This document shows positions 9,516 to 17,455 of a DNA stretch of 64,000 bases, one piece after another. Location of the stretch: NCBI GenBank assembly GCA_045546375.1, contig JAZQCR010000128.1:192-64191 (forward strand), read 5' to 3'. The DNA comes from Eubacteriales bacterium. Its GTDB lineage: Bacteria > Bacillota > Clostridia > Oscillospirales > CAG-272. How positions within the stretch are numbered: position 1 is the stretch's first letter; every line of letters begins with the position of its first letter. The notes under the pieces were generated by a model, which did not search any database, was not told where the DNA came from, and saw nothing but the letters and a program-made list of their open reading frames with translations. The position numbers and the translations under genes were made by a program.

Positions 9516-9854
9516 ATGTCTGAGAACAAAACAAAGATAAGTGCCAGGATAGACAAGCTGGTAGACCGTGAGGGATCGAAGGTAAGAGCCTATGCCAGTC
9601 TGACAGTTGGAGGTATGTTCGCCATACATGGCGTCAAGGTGATCGATTCGCCTAACGGCCTGTTTGTGGCGATGCCCCAGAACAGCATCAATAAGGACGG
9701 CCGTACCGACTATCGGGAGATCTGTCATCCTATTAACTCGGAAACGAGAAATGAGATGGTAGATAAGGTCATGGCTGCGTATGAGCAGGCGATGCAGAAT
9801 GCGGTAGCAAACGTAAATAAAGCGGATACTGCTACCGTAACAATGACAGCGTAA
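9516..9854 (+). CDS. SpoVG-family protein
   Basis: VRAYASLTVGGMFAIHGVKVIDSPNGLFVAMPQ...YREICHPINSETRNEMVDKV closely follows the SpoVG consensus. Confidence 0.85.
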   Translation: MSENKTKISARIDKLVDREGSKVRAYASLTVGGMFAIHGVKVIDSPNGLFVAMPQNSINKDGRTDYREICHPINSETRNEMVDKVMAAYEQAMQNAVANVNKADTATVTMTA

Positions 9855-9887
9855 CATAAAGAATATTGATAGGAAAGAACGAGGTAA

Positions 9888-10115
9888 ATGAATATGTTTA
9901 ATAAGATCAAGAACAAGGTAAGCTCTATGGCAATCCGCGCAAAGAGCGCGATCGAGAGTAAGAAGGCGGAAGGATATGTGGACTCCGGCGTTAAGATCCT
10001 CATTGCAGTGGTTATCGGAGCACTGCTGCTCAGTCTGCTGTACACCCTCTTCAACACTACCATCATGCCCAGTGTTACTACTAAGATCCAGGGACTCTTT
10101 AACTACGCAGGTTAA
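9888..10115 (+). CDS. Flp-type pilin candidate, paralog 1
   Basis: A 75-aa protein with a charged leader ending KKAEGY, followed by the hydrophobic helix VKILIAVVIGALLLSLLYTLF. It sits at the head of the Tad-like operon. Confidence 0.6.
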   Translation: MNMFNKIKNKVSSMAIRAKSAIESKKAEGYVDSGVKILIAVVIGALLLSLLYTLFNTTIMPSVTTKIQGLFNYAG

Positions 10116-10165
10116 TGAGTAGCTCTGTTTGAAAGCATAGAAGAATCAAAGAAAGTACGAGGTAA

Positions 10166-10396
10166 ATGAATATGTTAAATAAGATCAAGAATAAGGTAAA
10201 CGCTATGGCAATTCGCGCAAAGAGCGTAATCGAAAACAAGAAGGCGGAGGGCTACGTTGATTCCGGTGTAAAGATACTCATCGCAGTAGTTATCGGAGCA
10301 CTGCTGCTCAGTCTGCTGTACACCCTCTTCAATACTACCATCATGCCTACCGTTACCAATAAGGTAACCGAGCTCTTCAGCTACAGCGGAACCTGA
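10166..10396 (+). CDS. Flp-type pilin candidate, paralog 2
   Basis: A near-duplicate of 9888..10115 with the same leader and helix. The sequences diverge mainly in the last 15 residues. Confidence 0.6.
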   Translation: MNMLNKIKNKVNAMAIRAKSVIENKKAEGYVDSGVKILIAVVIGALLLSLLYTLFNTTIMPTVTNKVTELFSYSGT

Positions 10397-10416
10397 TACA
10401 TATAGCCGGAGGAAAA

Positions 10417-10440
10417 GGGAGAACCGAAAACGGTTCTCCC
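10417..10440 (+). promoter_or_regulatory. Perfect 10-bp stem-loop directly after the pilin genes (attenuator or RNA-stability element)
   Basis: GGGAGAACCG-AAAA-CGGTTCTCCC. No T-tract follows, so it is not a classical terminator. Confidence 0.5.
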
Positions 10441-10474
10441 TCAGTCTCACAAAAGATACTGAGAGGTGATAGCA

Positions 10475-11104
10475 ATGAACGATATATTTAATATTCCGAG
10501 TAACGTAATGGCTATTGTAAAAGATTCAAGGTTGTTGTGCGCGAGCATATTGCTGACTGCGTTGTCTATGCTTACAGCATATATGATAGCACGAGCCAGC
10601 ATATCACGTTTGGGAGCAAAGAGTAAGAATGTTTCTCTTATATTTGTCCTAATTACGTTTGCCATATCTGTGTTTCTAACGGTAGTATTTGGACCGTCGA
10701 TGGGATTTGTGAAGGGAATGGTATTGTGTCAGATACTCATCTATGCCTCTTATGCGGATATATGCCGCAGGGAGCTTGATGATAGTGTGCATATTATGGT
10801 CATACTCACTTCACTTATAGGTGTGGAGCTATACGGGATACCCGCTATGCTTATAAGCGCGTTTGTTATGAGCGTGATCATCCTGTTCCCCGTAGTAATA
10901 GGCGGAAGTAATATAGGCGGTGCGGATATTAAACTGAGTATGGCGTGTGCTTTTATGCTGGGACTAAGTGCCGGGCTCTTTGGCTTGATAGTTGGTATGC
11001 TTCTTGCGATCACAGTAAACTCAATAATCAAAAAGGGAAAGGAGAGCTCCTTTGCCCTGGTTCCGTATCTTGCTGTCGGGTTTATGACGGCGTATTTCAT
11101 ATAA
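10475..11104 (+). CDS. Prepilin peptidase (A24 family, TadV/CpaA-like)
   Basis: A polytopic membrane protein carrying SYADICRRELDD and GGADIKL, the two aspartate motifs of A24 peptidases. The ATG at 10475 follows the RBS GAGAGGTG. Confidence 0.75.
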   Translation: MNDIFNIPSNVMAIVKDSRLLCASILLTALSMLTAYMIARASISRLGAKSKNVSLIFVLITFAISVFLTVVFGPSMGFVKGMVLCQILIYASYADICRRELDDSVHIMVILTSLIGVELYGIPAMLISAFVMSVIILFPVVIGGSNIGGADIKLSMACAFMLGLSAGLFGLIVGMLLAITVNSIIKKGKESSFALVPYLAVGFMTAYFI

Positions 11105-11117
11105 AACAGGAGGAAGG

Positions 11118-11846
11118 ATGAAAAACAGAACTATAATAGGACTCATCTGTATCGTGGTGGCTGTTGTCACCACGTTTTTAGTTGCTCCCCTTGCTAACAG
11201 ACTTACAAGCGATACGGTGGAGATCGTTAGGTTAAAGGCTGACGTTGCCAAGGGAAGCGTTATAGGTGAAGAGCAGATAGAAAAGGTAAAGGTGAACAGA
11301 TCCGCACTCCCTGAAGGAACAGTAACATCAGGAAAGGACGTTGTGGGGAAGTATGCCGCCTCTACCCTCTATGCGGGGGATTATCTTACCGAAAACAAGC
11401 TAAAGGGAGAGCCCAATACTGCAGAGGATGTGTTTGCTACACTTGACGGCAGCAAGGTCGCTGTGAGTGTTACCATAGATTCCTTTGCTGCGGGACTTTC
11501 GGGTAAACTGCAGAACGGAGATATAATCAGCCTTATAGTCACGGATAAAGAAGGCACTGAAGCGGTCATTCCCGCTGAACTTACTTATCTTAAGGTTATC
11601 ACCACTACGACCTCGGGAGGCATAGACAAGGATAAGATCGTGAAAAACGAGGATGGCAGCTATGAACTGCCCAGTACGGTTACCGTGCTCGTTAACACCA
11701 AACAGGCGAAATTACTCTCAATGTACGAGGGAACCGTCACTATGCAGGCAGCTCTTGTGTACCGAGGGGATAAGGCAACTGCGGAAAAGTTCTTGGCTAA
11801 ACAAGATGCTGTGTTCGCAGGTACGGGAGGTGATACCGATGAGTAA
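11118..11846 (+). CDS. CpaB/RcpC-like pilus assembly protein (SAF domain)
   Basis: An N-terminal TM helix followed by the SAF-like sequence VEIVRLKADVAKGSVIGEEQIEKVKVNRSALPEGTV...VVGKYAASTLYAGDYLTENKL. Confidence 0.7.
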   Translation: MKNRTIIGLICIVVAVVTTFLVAPLANRLTSDTVEIVRLKADVAKGSVIGEEQIEKVKVNRSALPEGTVTSGKDVVGKYAASTLYAGDYLTENKLKGEPNTAEDVFATLDGSKVAVSVTIDSFAAGLSGKLQNGDIISLIVTDKEGTEAVIPAELTYLKVITTTTSGGIDKDKIVKNEDGSYELPSTVTVLVNTKQAKLLSMYEGTVTMQAALVYRGDKATAEKFLAKQDAVFAGTGGDTDE

Positions 11847-12561
11847 GATCATTGCGGTATCCGGTTCACCCGGAAGCGGTAAGACCACTTTTGCACTAAA
11901 GCTTGCCGAAGAGCTTTATGATATGCTTGGCACGCGAGTGCTGTTTCTGACAAGTGATTTGCGTGTACCCGGTCTTGCATATATTTTTCCGCACAGTAAG
12001 GGAAGTGAGTTGTATTCGGTAGGAAAGGTGCTGGATAAGACAGACATATTCAAGGAAGACGTTGTAAAAGAAATTGTGTCTGTGAAGACAATGCGCAACT
12101 TTGGATTTCTCGGTTATAAAGGCGGAGATACGATGTATACGTATCCTGAACCCACAGAGGATAAAGTTATGGGCCTGTTTGGTGCAATGCGAGAATTGGC
12201 TGAATATATTGTTGTGGATTGTTCAGGCATAGATAATGACCTTATATCCGTTATGGCTATGGCGGAGGCAGACGTGCGTATCAGACTCATCGTTCCCGAT
12301 CTTAAAAGTATGGCGTATTACGCATCACATCCTATAGCGGAAGACGCGGGAGAGATCAAAGCATTTAACATAATGGATGATGATTTGTATTTGCCTATTG
12401 ATGAGATGGATGATCACTTTTCGGGTGTGGAGTACATTATTCCATACAGCCGACCGCTCAAGCAGCAGGCTATTACAGGTACACTTTCTGAGCATTTGGT
12501 GGATGTCAGATACCGCAGTGCGATGGCAGATATTGCAAAGAGGGTGATAAGCCTTGAGTAA
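11839..12561 (+). CDS. TadZ/CpaE-like ParA/MinD-type ATPase
   Basis: Deviant Walker A IAVSGSPGSGKTTFALKLA. The start overlaps the upstream stop as ATGAGTAA. The longer ORF-track start at 11653 lies inside the previous gene. Confidence 0.65.
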   Translation: MSKIIAVSGSPGSGKTTFALKLAEELYDMLGTRVLFLTSDLRVPGLAYIFPHSKGSELYSVGKVLDKTDIFKEDVVKEIVSVKTMRNFGFLGYKGGDTMYTYPEPTEDKVMGLFGAMRELAEYIVVDCSGIDNDLISVMAMAEADVRIRLIVPDLKSMAYYASHPIAEDAGEIKAFNIMDDDLYLPIDEMDDHFSGVEYIIPYSRPLKQQAITGTLSEHLVDVRYRSAMADIAKRVISLE

Positions 12562-13867
12562 GGTCATAGATTTTGAAAACTTGCTTTGGAATACTCAAGA
12601 GCATATTTCACATAACTATGCCGCTGCCTTGACGGACAAAAGTAAGCGGGGGCAGTTACACTCATATATTGAGAAATATCTGAGAGATAACGGGTATACG
12701 GTGAGCGGGCTTACCTTTAAAGAATGTGAGGATAAGCTGTACAGGGAGATGGCGGAATATTCTATTCTAACCGAATACCTTGGTCGGGATGAGATAGAGG
12801 AGATCAATATAAACGGTTGGGATGACGTGGCTATCACATATACCGACGGACGAATTCAAAAGGCGGAAGAGCACTTCCTTTCGCCACAACATGCCATAGA
12901 CATAGTTAAGCGTTTATTGCACCATTCCGGGATGATAATAGATAACGCTACTCCTATGGCTCAGGGGCATTTGCCGGGAAATACACGTATTACCGCACTG
13001 AAGGAGCCGTTAGTAGACCCCGATAGAGGTATCAGCGTGTCCATTCGTTTACTTCACCCATCAAGAGTGACAAAGGAAGAGATAGTGCGAGGGGGTAATG
13101 CTACAAGAAAGATGATGGACTTTCTTGCAATGTGCTTAAGATACGGTGTTTCCTTTGTGGTAGCGGGCGCTACTTCATCGGGCAAGACCACTTTGCTGAA
13201 TGCATTACTTTCTACGATTCCCGATGAAAAGCGAATATTCTCTATCGAATCGGGTTCAAGAGAATTGTCTCTTGTTAAGCGAGAGAACGGTAAGGTGAAA
13301 AACAACGTAGTTCATACGCTATCCCGTCCGTCCGAGAATCCTCCTTACGATATTTCTCAAGAGGATCTGGTAGTGGCATCCCTTAGATTCAACCCCGATA
13401 TAGTTGTGGTTGGAGAAATGCGGGATACGGAAGCGTATTCTGCGGTAGAGGCGTCCTTGACAGGGCATACGGTTGTGTCTACTGTGCATGCATCTGCAGC
13501 GGATGCAGCACATATGCGCCTGGCACTTCTATGTCAAAAGCGGTTCCCCATAAACTTCCAGACATCACTTATGCAGGCGGGTCAGGCTTTCCCTCTTGTG
13601 GTGTATGCACATAAGCTGGAGGATAACACAAGAAAGATAATGGATATCTCCGAATGTGTTATAACGCCGTCAGGTGAGCGGGAATACCGTACCTTGTTCA
13701 GATATTGCATAACCAAGAACGAGGTGGTAAACGGCGATTACCATATAGAGGGGCATTTTGAGCAGCCTGAGATCATGAGCGAGCATTTGAAAGCAAAACT
13801 GATGCAGTTTGGTGTGCCCGAGGATGAGCTTGCGAAATTTTTAGAGAAGGGAGGGGATTATCTGTGA
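12554..13867 (+). CDS. TadA/CpaF-type secretion ATPase
   Basis: Walker A VVAGATSSGKTTLLNAL, Walker B and Asp box DIVVVGEMRD, and His box GHTVVSTVHA. The TTG start sits in a TTGAGTAA overlap. Confidence 0.9.
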   Translation: MSKVIDFENLLWNTQEHISHNYAAALTDKSKRGQLHSYIEKYLRDNGYTVSGLTFKECEDKLYREMAEYSILTEYLGRDEIEEININGWDDVAITYTDGRIQKAEEHFLSPQHAIDIVKRLLHHSGMIIDNATPMAQGHLPGNTRITALKEPLVDPDRGISVSIRLLHPSRVTKEEIVRGGNATRKMMDFLAMCLRYGVSFVVAGATSSGKTTLLNALLSTIPDEKRIFSIESGSRELSLVKRENGKVKNNVVHTLSRPSENPPYDISQEDLVVASLRFNPDIVVVGEMRDTEAYSAVEASLTGHTVVSTVHASAADAAHMRLALLCQKRFPINFQTSLMQAGQAFPLVVYAHKLEDNTRKIMDISECVITPSGEREYRTLFRYCITKNEVVNGDYHIEGHFEQPEIMSEHLKAKLMQFGVPEDELAKFLEKGGDYL

Positions 13868-14787
13868 TATATACTATCTTAGCTTCAGTGATGATGGCAA
13901 TAGGTATTGCGCTGATATTTGACCTGGCTCCCGAGCGTGTCACTGTGGATTTATTTAGGCTCGTGACTCCAAAGGACAGCTTGCGGGAAGAGGTACGGGT
14001 TTTAAGGGAGAACAAAAAGAAGCATGGAATCTATCATAAGCTCGTGAGGATCAAAACCGCACTCACCGATACCGGTAAGGGAAGACAGTTTACGGTGGTG
14101 TGTTTTGCATCTGTGCTTATGTTTTTGGCGGGAGCACTTATTTGTGTGCTTTTAGATAATCTTTTTCTTATGCCGGCGCTTTCTGTCAGTATGGCGCTTA
14201 CCCCTTTTTTGTATATAGCCCATGCTATCTCTTATTATGAAAGGCAGACCAAGGAAGAACTTGAGACTGCATTATCTATTATCACAACGTCATATATTCG
14301 CTCCGAGGACATTATAAGCGCGGTGGGAGAGAATCTAAAATACATTAAGCCGCCGCTTAAGGAAGTGTTCAAGGGCTTTGAAGGCGAGGCAACGGCGGTA
14401 AGTGCCAATATTAAGCGCGCTCTTCACAATCTTAAGGGTAAGATAGATGATGAGGTTTTTGCAGAGTGGTGCGACACGCTTATACGGTGTCAGGATGACA
14501 GAACCTTAAAGGATACGTTGCAGGCAGTGGTGGCAAAGCTCACAGATGTGCGCATTGTAAATAACGAGCTGAAGACTATGCTTGCATCCGCTCGTAACGA
14601 GTATTATATGATGGTCGCAATGGTGCTTGGCAATATTCCTTTGCTGTATGTTCTGAACAGAGAATGGTATGAGACCCTTATGTATACTACGCCCGGTAAA
14701 CTGGTGCTTGGAGTTTGCGGTGCGGTTATCCTTATAACCGCGCTTTTTATGATGCGTTTTACAAAGCCCATAGAGTATAAGAGGTAG
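13864..14787 (+). CDS. TadB-like (T2SS-F family) inner-membrane platform protein
   Basis: Its position directly after the ATPase and its topology (N-terminal TM, central cytoplasmic domain, C-terminal TMs) fit a platform protein. The GTG start overlaps the upstream stop (GTGA). Confidence 0.6.
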   Translation: MIYTILASVMMAIGIALIFDLAPERVTVDLFRLVTPKDSLREEVRVLRENKKKHGIYHKLVRIKTALTDTGKGRQFTVVCFASVLMFLAGALICVLLDNLFLMPALSVSMALTPFLYIAHAISYYERQTKEELETALSIITTSYIRSEDIISAVGENLKYIKPPLKEVFKGFEGEATAVSANIKRALHNLKGKIDDEVFAEWCDTLIRCQDDRTLKDTLQAVVAKLTDVRIVNNELKTMLASARNEYYMMVAMVLGNIPLLYVLNREWYETLMYTTPGKLVLGVCGAVILITALFMMRFTKPIEYKR

Positions 14788-14798
14788 GAGGTGGTGAA

Positions 14799-15671
14799 AT
14801 GTTATTGCAGGCGATAGCGGGAGCTCTTATCGGACTTGGATTATTCTATATATTAGCCGATGCCTTGATGATCCCGTATATGAAGACGTCAAAAGCAGTA
14901 GTCAACCTGTCAAAACAGCAGAAAGAATCCACCTCGGGTCTGGATATATGGCTAAAGGGAATAGCTGTGTGGTTATCCGCTCGAATCAGATTAAACGAGT
15001 TTAAGAGGGCTCAGCTTGAGTCGGATCTTAAGACTGCGCAGATGAGCATAAGCCCGGAAGAATTCAAGGCAAACGCTATAGTTAAGTCGATCATAATTAT
15101 GGCATTTGCCATTCCATGTGTTTTTATATTTCCGTTACTGTGTCCTGTGGTTTTATTTTTAGCTTGGTTCCTTTATTACAGGGAGATGAAGAGAGTAAGC
15201 GTACTCATATCTCGAAAAAGAGGCAAGATCGAATATGAACTGCCGGGTCTTGTGTTCGCTATTGAAAAGACCCTGAAGCATAACAGGGATGTGCTGTATA
15301 TGTTGAAGTCTTATGCAGGCAATGCAGGACCTGAACTGAGACATGAGCTGGATATAGCCGTAGCAGATATGGAGTCGGGAAATTATGAGGCGGCCATTAC
15401 CCGTTTGGAAGCTCGTGTAGGCTCCTCTATGATGAGTGATGTGTGCAGAGGCCTTATAGGTATCCTACGCGGAGATGATACGCAGATATATTGGGCTTCT
15501 TTATCGATAAAGTTCGCAGATATTCAAAGACAGCAGTTAAGGCTGAAGGCTCAAAGGGTGCCCCGTAAGGTGAAGCGGTTATCTATGTGCTTGCTCTGCT
15601 GTTTTATGCTGATATATATCGTGGTCATCGTGTATCAGATCTTGTCTTCTGTCGGAGTCCTGTTTGGATAA
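14799..15671 (+). CDS. TadC-like (T2SS-F family) inner-membrane platform protein
   Basis: The second platform paralog, with the same TM / soluble / TM layout. Confidence 0.6.
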   Translation: MLLQAIAGALIGLGLFYILADALMIPYMKTSKAVVNLSKQQKESTSGLDIWLKGIAVWLSARIRLNEFKRAQLESDLKTAQMSISPEEFKANAIVKSIIIMAFAIPCVFIFPLLCPVVLFLAWFLYYREMKRVSVLISRKRGKIEYELPGLVFAIEKTLKHNRDVLYMLKSYAGNAGPELRHELDIAVADMESGNYEAAITRLEARVGSSMMSDVCRGLIGILRGDDTQIYWASLSIKFADIQRQQLRLKAQRVPRKVKRLSMCLLCCFMLIYIVVIVYQILSSVGVLFG

Positions 15672-15681
15672 GGGGGATGTG

Positions 15682-16092
15682 ATGAAAGAAAAGATGCTTA
15701 GTAAGCGAGCCGAAGGATATATAGATCTGTGCGTAGGGATAGTAGCGTTCGTAATGGTTCTGGTAATTGCCATCAATATATTCAGCTTTATATCTATAAA
15801 ACAGGATATGGACAGAATTGCAGAGGAGCTTTTGGAAGCGGCTACGTTTTCCGGAGCCTTTGCCGATGAATTTTTCACACGGCATAATGAGCTGTGTTCG
15901 GAGAACTTTAATTACTATCTCTATTACGAAGCGGAAGAGTATTATAACAGCGCATATCAAAGAGTCCAGTTAGGTGACCTAATGACCGTTAGAGTTGAAC
16001 TTGATACATATATCAAAGGGCTCGGTGTATTTAAGATCCCTGTGACTCTCAGCGTTACCCGTTCCGGGCTTTCCGAAAGGTATTGGAAGTAG
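15682..16092 (+). CDS. Minor pilin / pseudopilin candidate (TadE- or DUF4320-like)
   Basis: The leader MKEKMLSKRAEGYIDLCVGIVAFVMVLVIAINIF shares the [KR][KR][AG][ED]GY-hydrophobic motif with the two pilins. The ATG at 15682 follows the RBS AAGGGGGA. Confidence 0.5.
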   Translation: MKEKMLSKRAEGYIDLCVGIVAFVMVLVIAINIFSFISIKQDMDRIAEELLEAATFSGAFADEFFTRHNELCSENFNYYLYYEAEEYYNSAYQRVQLGDLMTVRVELDTYIKGLGVFKIPVTLSVTRSGLSERYWK

Positions 16093-16102
16093 GTGAGGCT
16101 GT

Positions 16103-16571
16103 GAAGAATAAACGAGGGGACGGATATATTCTTCCGTGCGTTATGATACTCATTCTGAGCATGCTAATAACTGCCCTTATGTCATTTTGGGGTGCGGTTA
16201 ATTTAGTGAGAAATACAGAGCGCAATGCAAGGATAGTCCTTGACAACTATGTAATGGAAAACGCCATTGTCATCTATGATTCCATAAAACAAGGCAATAA
16301 TGTCACCGATTATTTAGATAATTCAGCGTATTTGGAGAATTTTTGTTGGTATTGCACACTGGATAATGACGGAAGTTTCTTGTATAATTACGATACCGAG
16401 GGAGTGATGCAGTACGGCATGACACACCCCGTCCTATCCTTCAAGGAAGAAGGACGTCTGAAGTTATGCGCAAGCTATACAATGTTCGTTCCCATATACT
16501 TTGCGGGAATGACGGTAGGTATAGCTGAGGTACCTATCACCGTGGAATCCGAACTTGACGATAAGTTCTAA
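16103..16571 (+). CDS. Minor pilin / pseudopilin candidate
   Basis: The leader VKNKRGDGYILPCVMILILSMLITAL shows the same motif class. The start is uncertain: GTG 16103 or TTG 16083. Confidence 0.45.
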
Positions 16572-16584
16572 AACGGAGGTAAAT

Positions 16585-17307
16585 ATGAAAAAAATATTTA
16601 AGAACAAAACGACTATCGCCGTAACTATAGGGGCACTTGTCCTCATAGTCATTATGACTGTGGGCATTGCACTAACGGTAAAACACGGAGATGAAAGGAT
16701 CGAAAAAACACAAACGGATACGACGTCAGGCACGACGATGATACCTGATATCCCCGAACCTACATATATCGAGAATACTACAGAGCCGACCGAGACCACC
16801 CAAGAGGTGATAGAGAATGACGGTACGGGCTTGACACCGGGAGAAGGTGAAACTCAGCCTACGGAAGAAAAGGAAACGATACCTGCAGAACCTGCGGCTG
16901 ATCCGGAAGAAAAGGAAGAATATGTATATATAGAACCTGAGGAGCCTGACGAGGGAGTGATCATTATTGGGGAAGATATAGATCCCTATGACTGTGGCAA
17001 CGAGCGACATAACTGTGACGGTCCCGAGACTCATGCATACATACAGAACCTTGAGATTAATGGGTGCGTTTATTGTGGAGCACATAACTGCGACAGCTTT
17101 TACGCCACGGATGAGTGGGGAAACACATGCTACGATCCTGTAGAGTGTCCAAAGTACAGCATTCAGAAGGATCCTTCCGAGTATTGCTCCGAATGTGGTA
17201 AGCAATACGGTGACGGGTCGGGCGATACCTGTCAGAGATGGATCGTAGACATGTGCTGCCCCATGTGTGGCGAGTCGGTAAGTGCAAACACATGTCATAC
17301 GCATTAG
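16585..17307 (+). CDS. Membrane-anchored protein with a T/E/P-rich linker and a Cys-rich C-terminal domain
   Basis: The ATG at 16585 follows the RBS ACGGAGG. It has one TM helix (TIAVTIGALVLIVIMTVGIAL), an acidic TEP-rich spacer, and 14 Cys in the last ~105 aa, including CVYC, CSEC and CPMC. Confidence 0.6.
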   Translation: MKKIFKNKTTIAVTIGALVLIVIMTVGIALTVKHGDERIEKTQTDTTSGTTMIPDIPEPTYIENTTEPTETTQEVIENDGTGLTPGEGETQPTEEKETIPAEPAADPEEKEEYVYIEPEEPDEGVIIIGEDIDPYDCGNERHNCDGPETHAYIQNLEINGCVYCGAHNCDSFYATDEWGNTCYDPVECPKYSIQKDPSEYCSECGKQYGDGSGDTCQRWIVDMCCPMCGESVSANTCHTH

Positions 17308-17455
17308 TGAACACACAAGGTTGGAAGTAAAACCTTAATATTTTCGGAAGTGAAATGCTCATAAAATCGGAAGTGAGCGAAAATAAAGATAAGCGTTCTT
17401 ATTTTGAGGACGCTTTTTCTTATACAAAAACCTTACAGAAAGTGAGGCAGAATAA

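Noticed and set aside
11653-11838. Long N-terminal extension of the TadZ-like ORF (listed start 11653); similar extensions at 3863, 48047, 52778, 58746 and 63282
   Set aside because: The extensions overlap the preceding gene in another frame. Internal ATGs with good Shine-Dalgarno sequences and start/stop overlaps (11839, 3959, 48116, 52796, 58806, 63354) coincide with the start of the conserved domains.
16726-17362. 196-aa and 101-aa minus-strand ORFs opposite the Cys-rich protein gene
   Set aside because: They are antisense to an ORF with an RBS and operon context, have no RBS and give low-complexity products.
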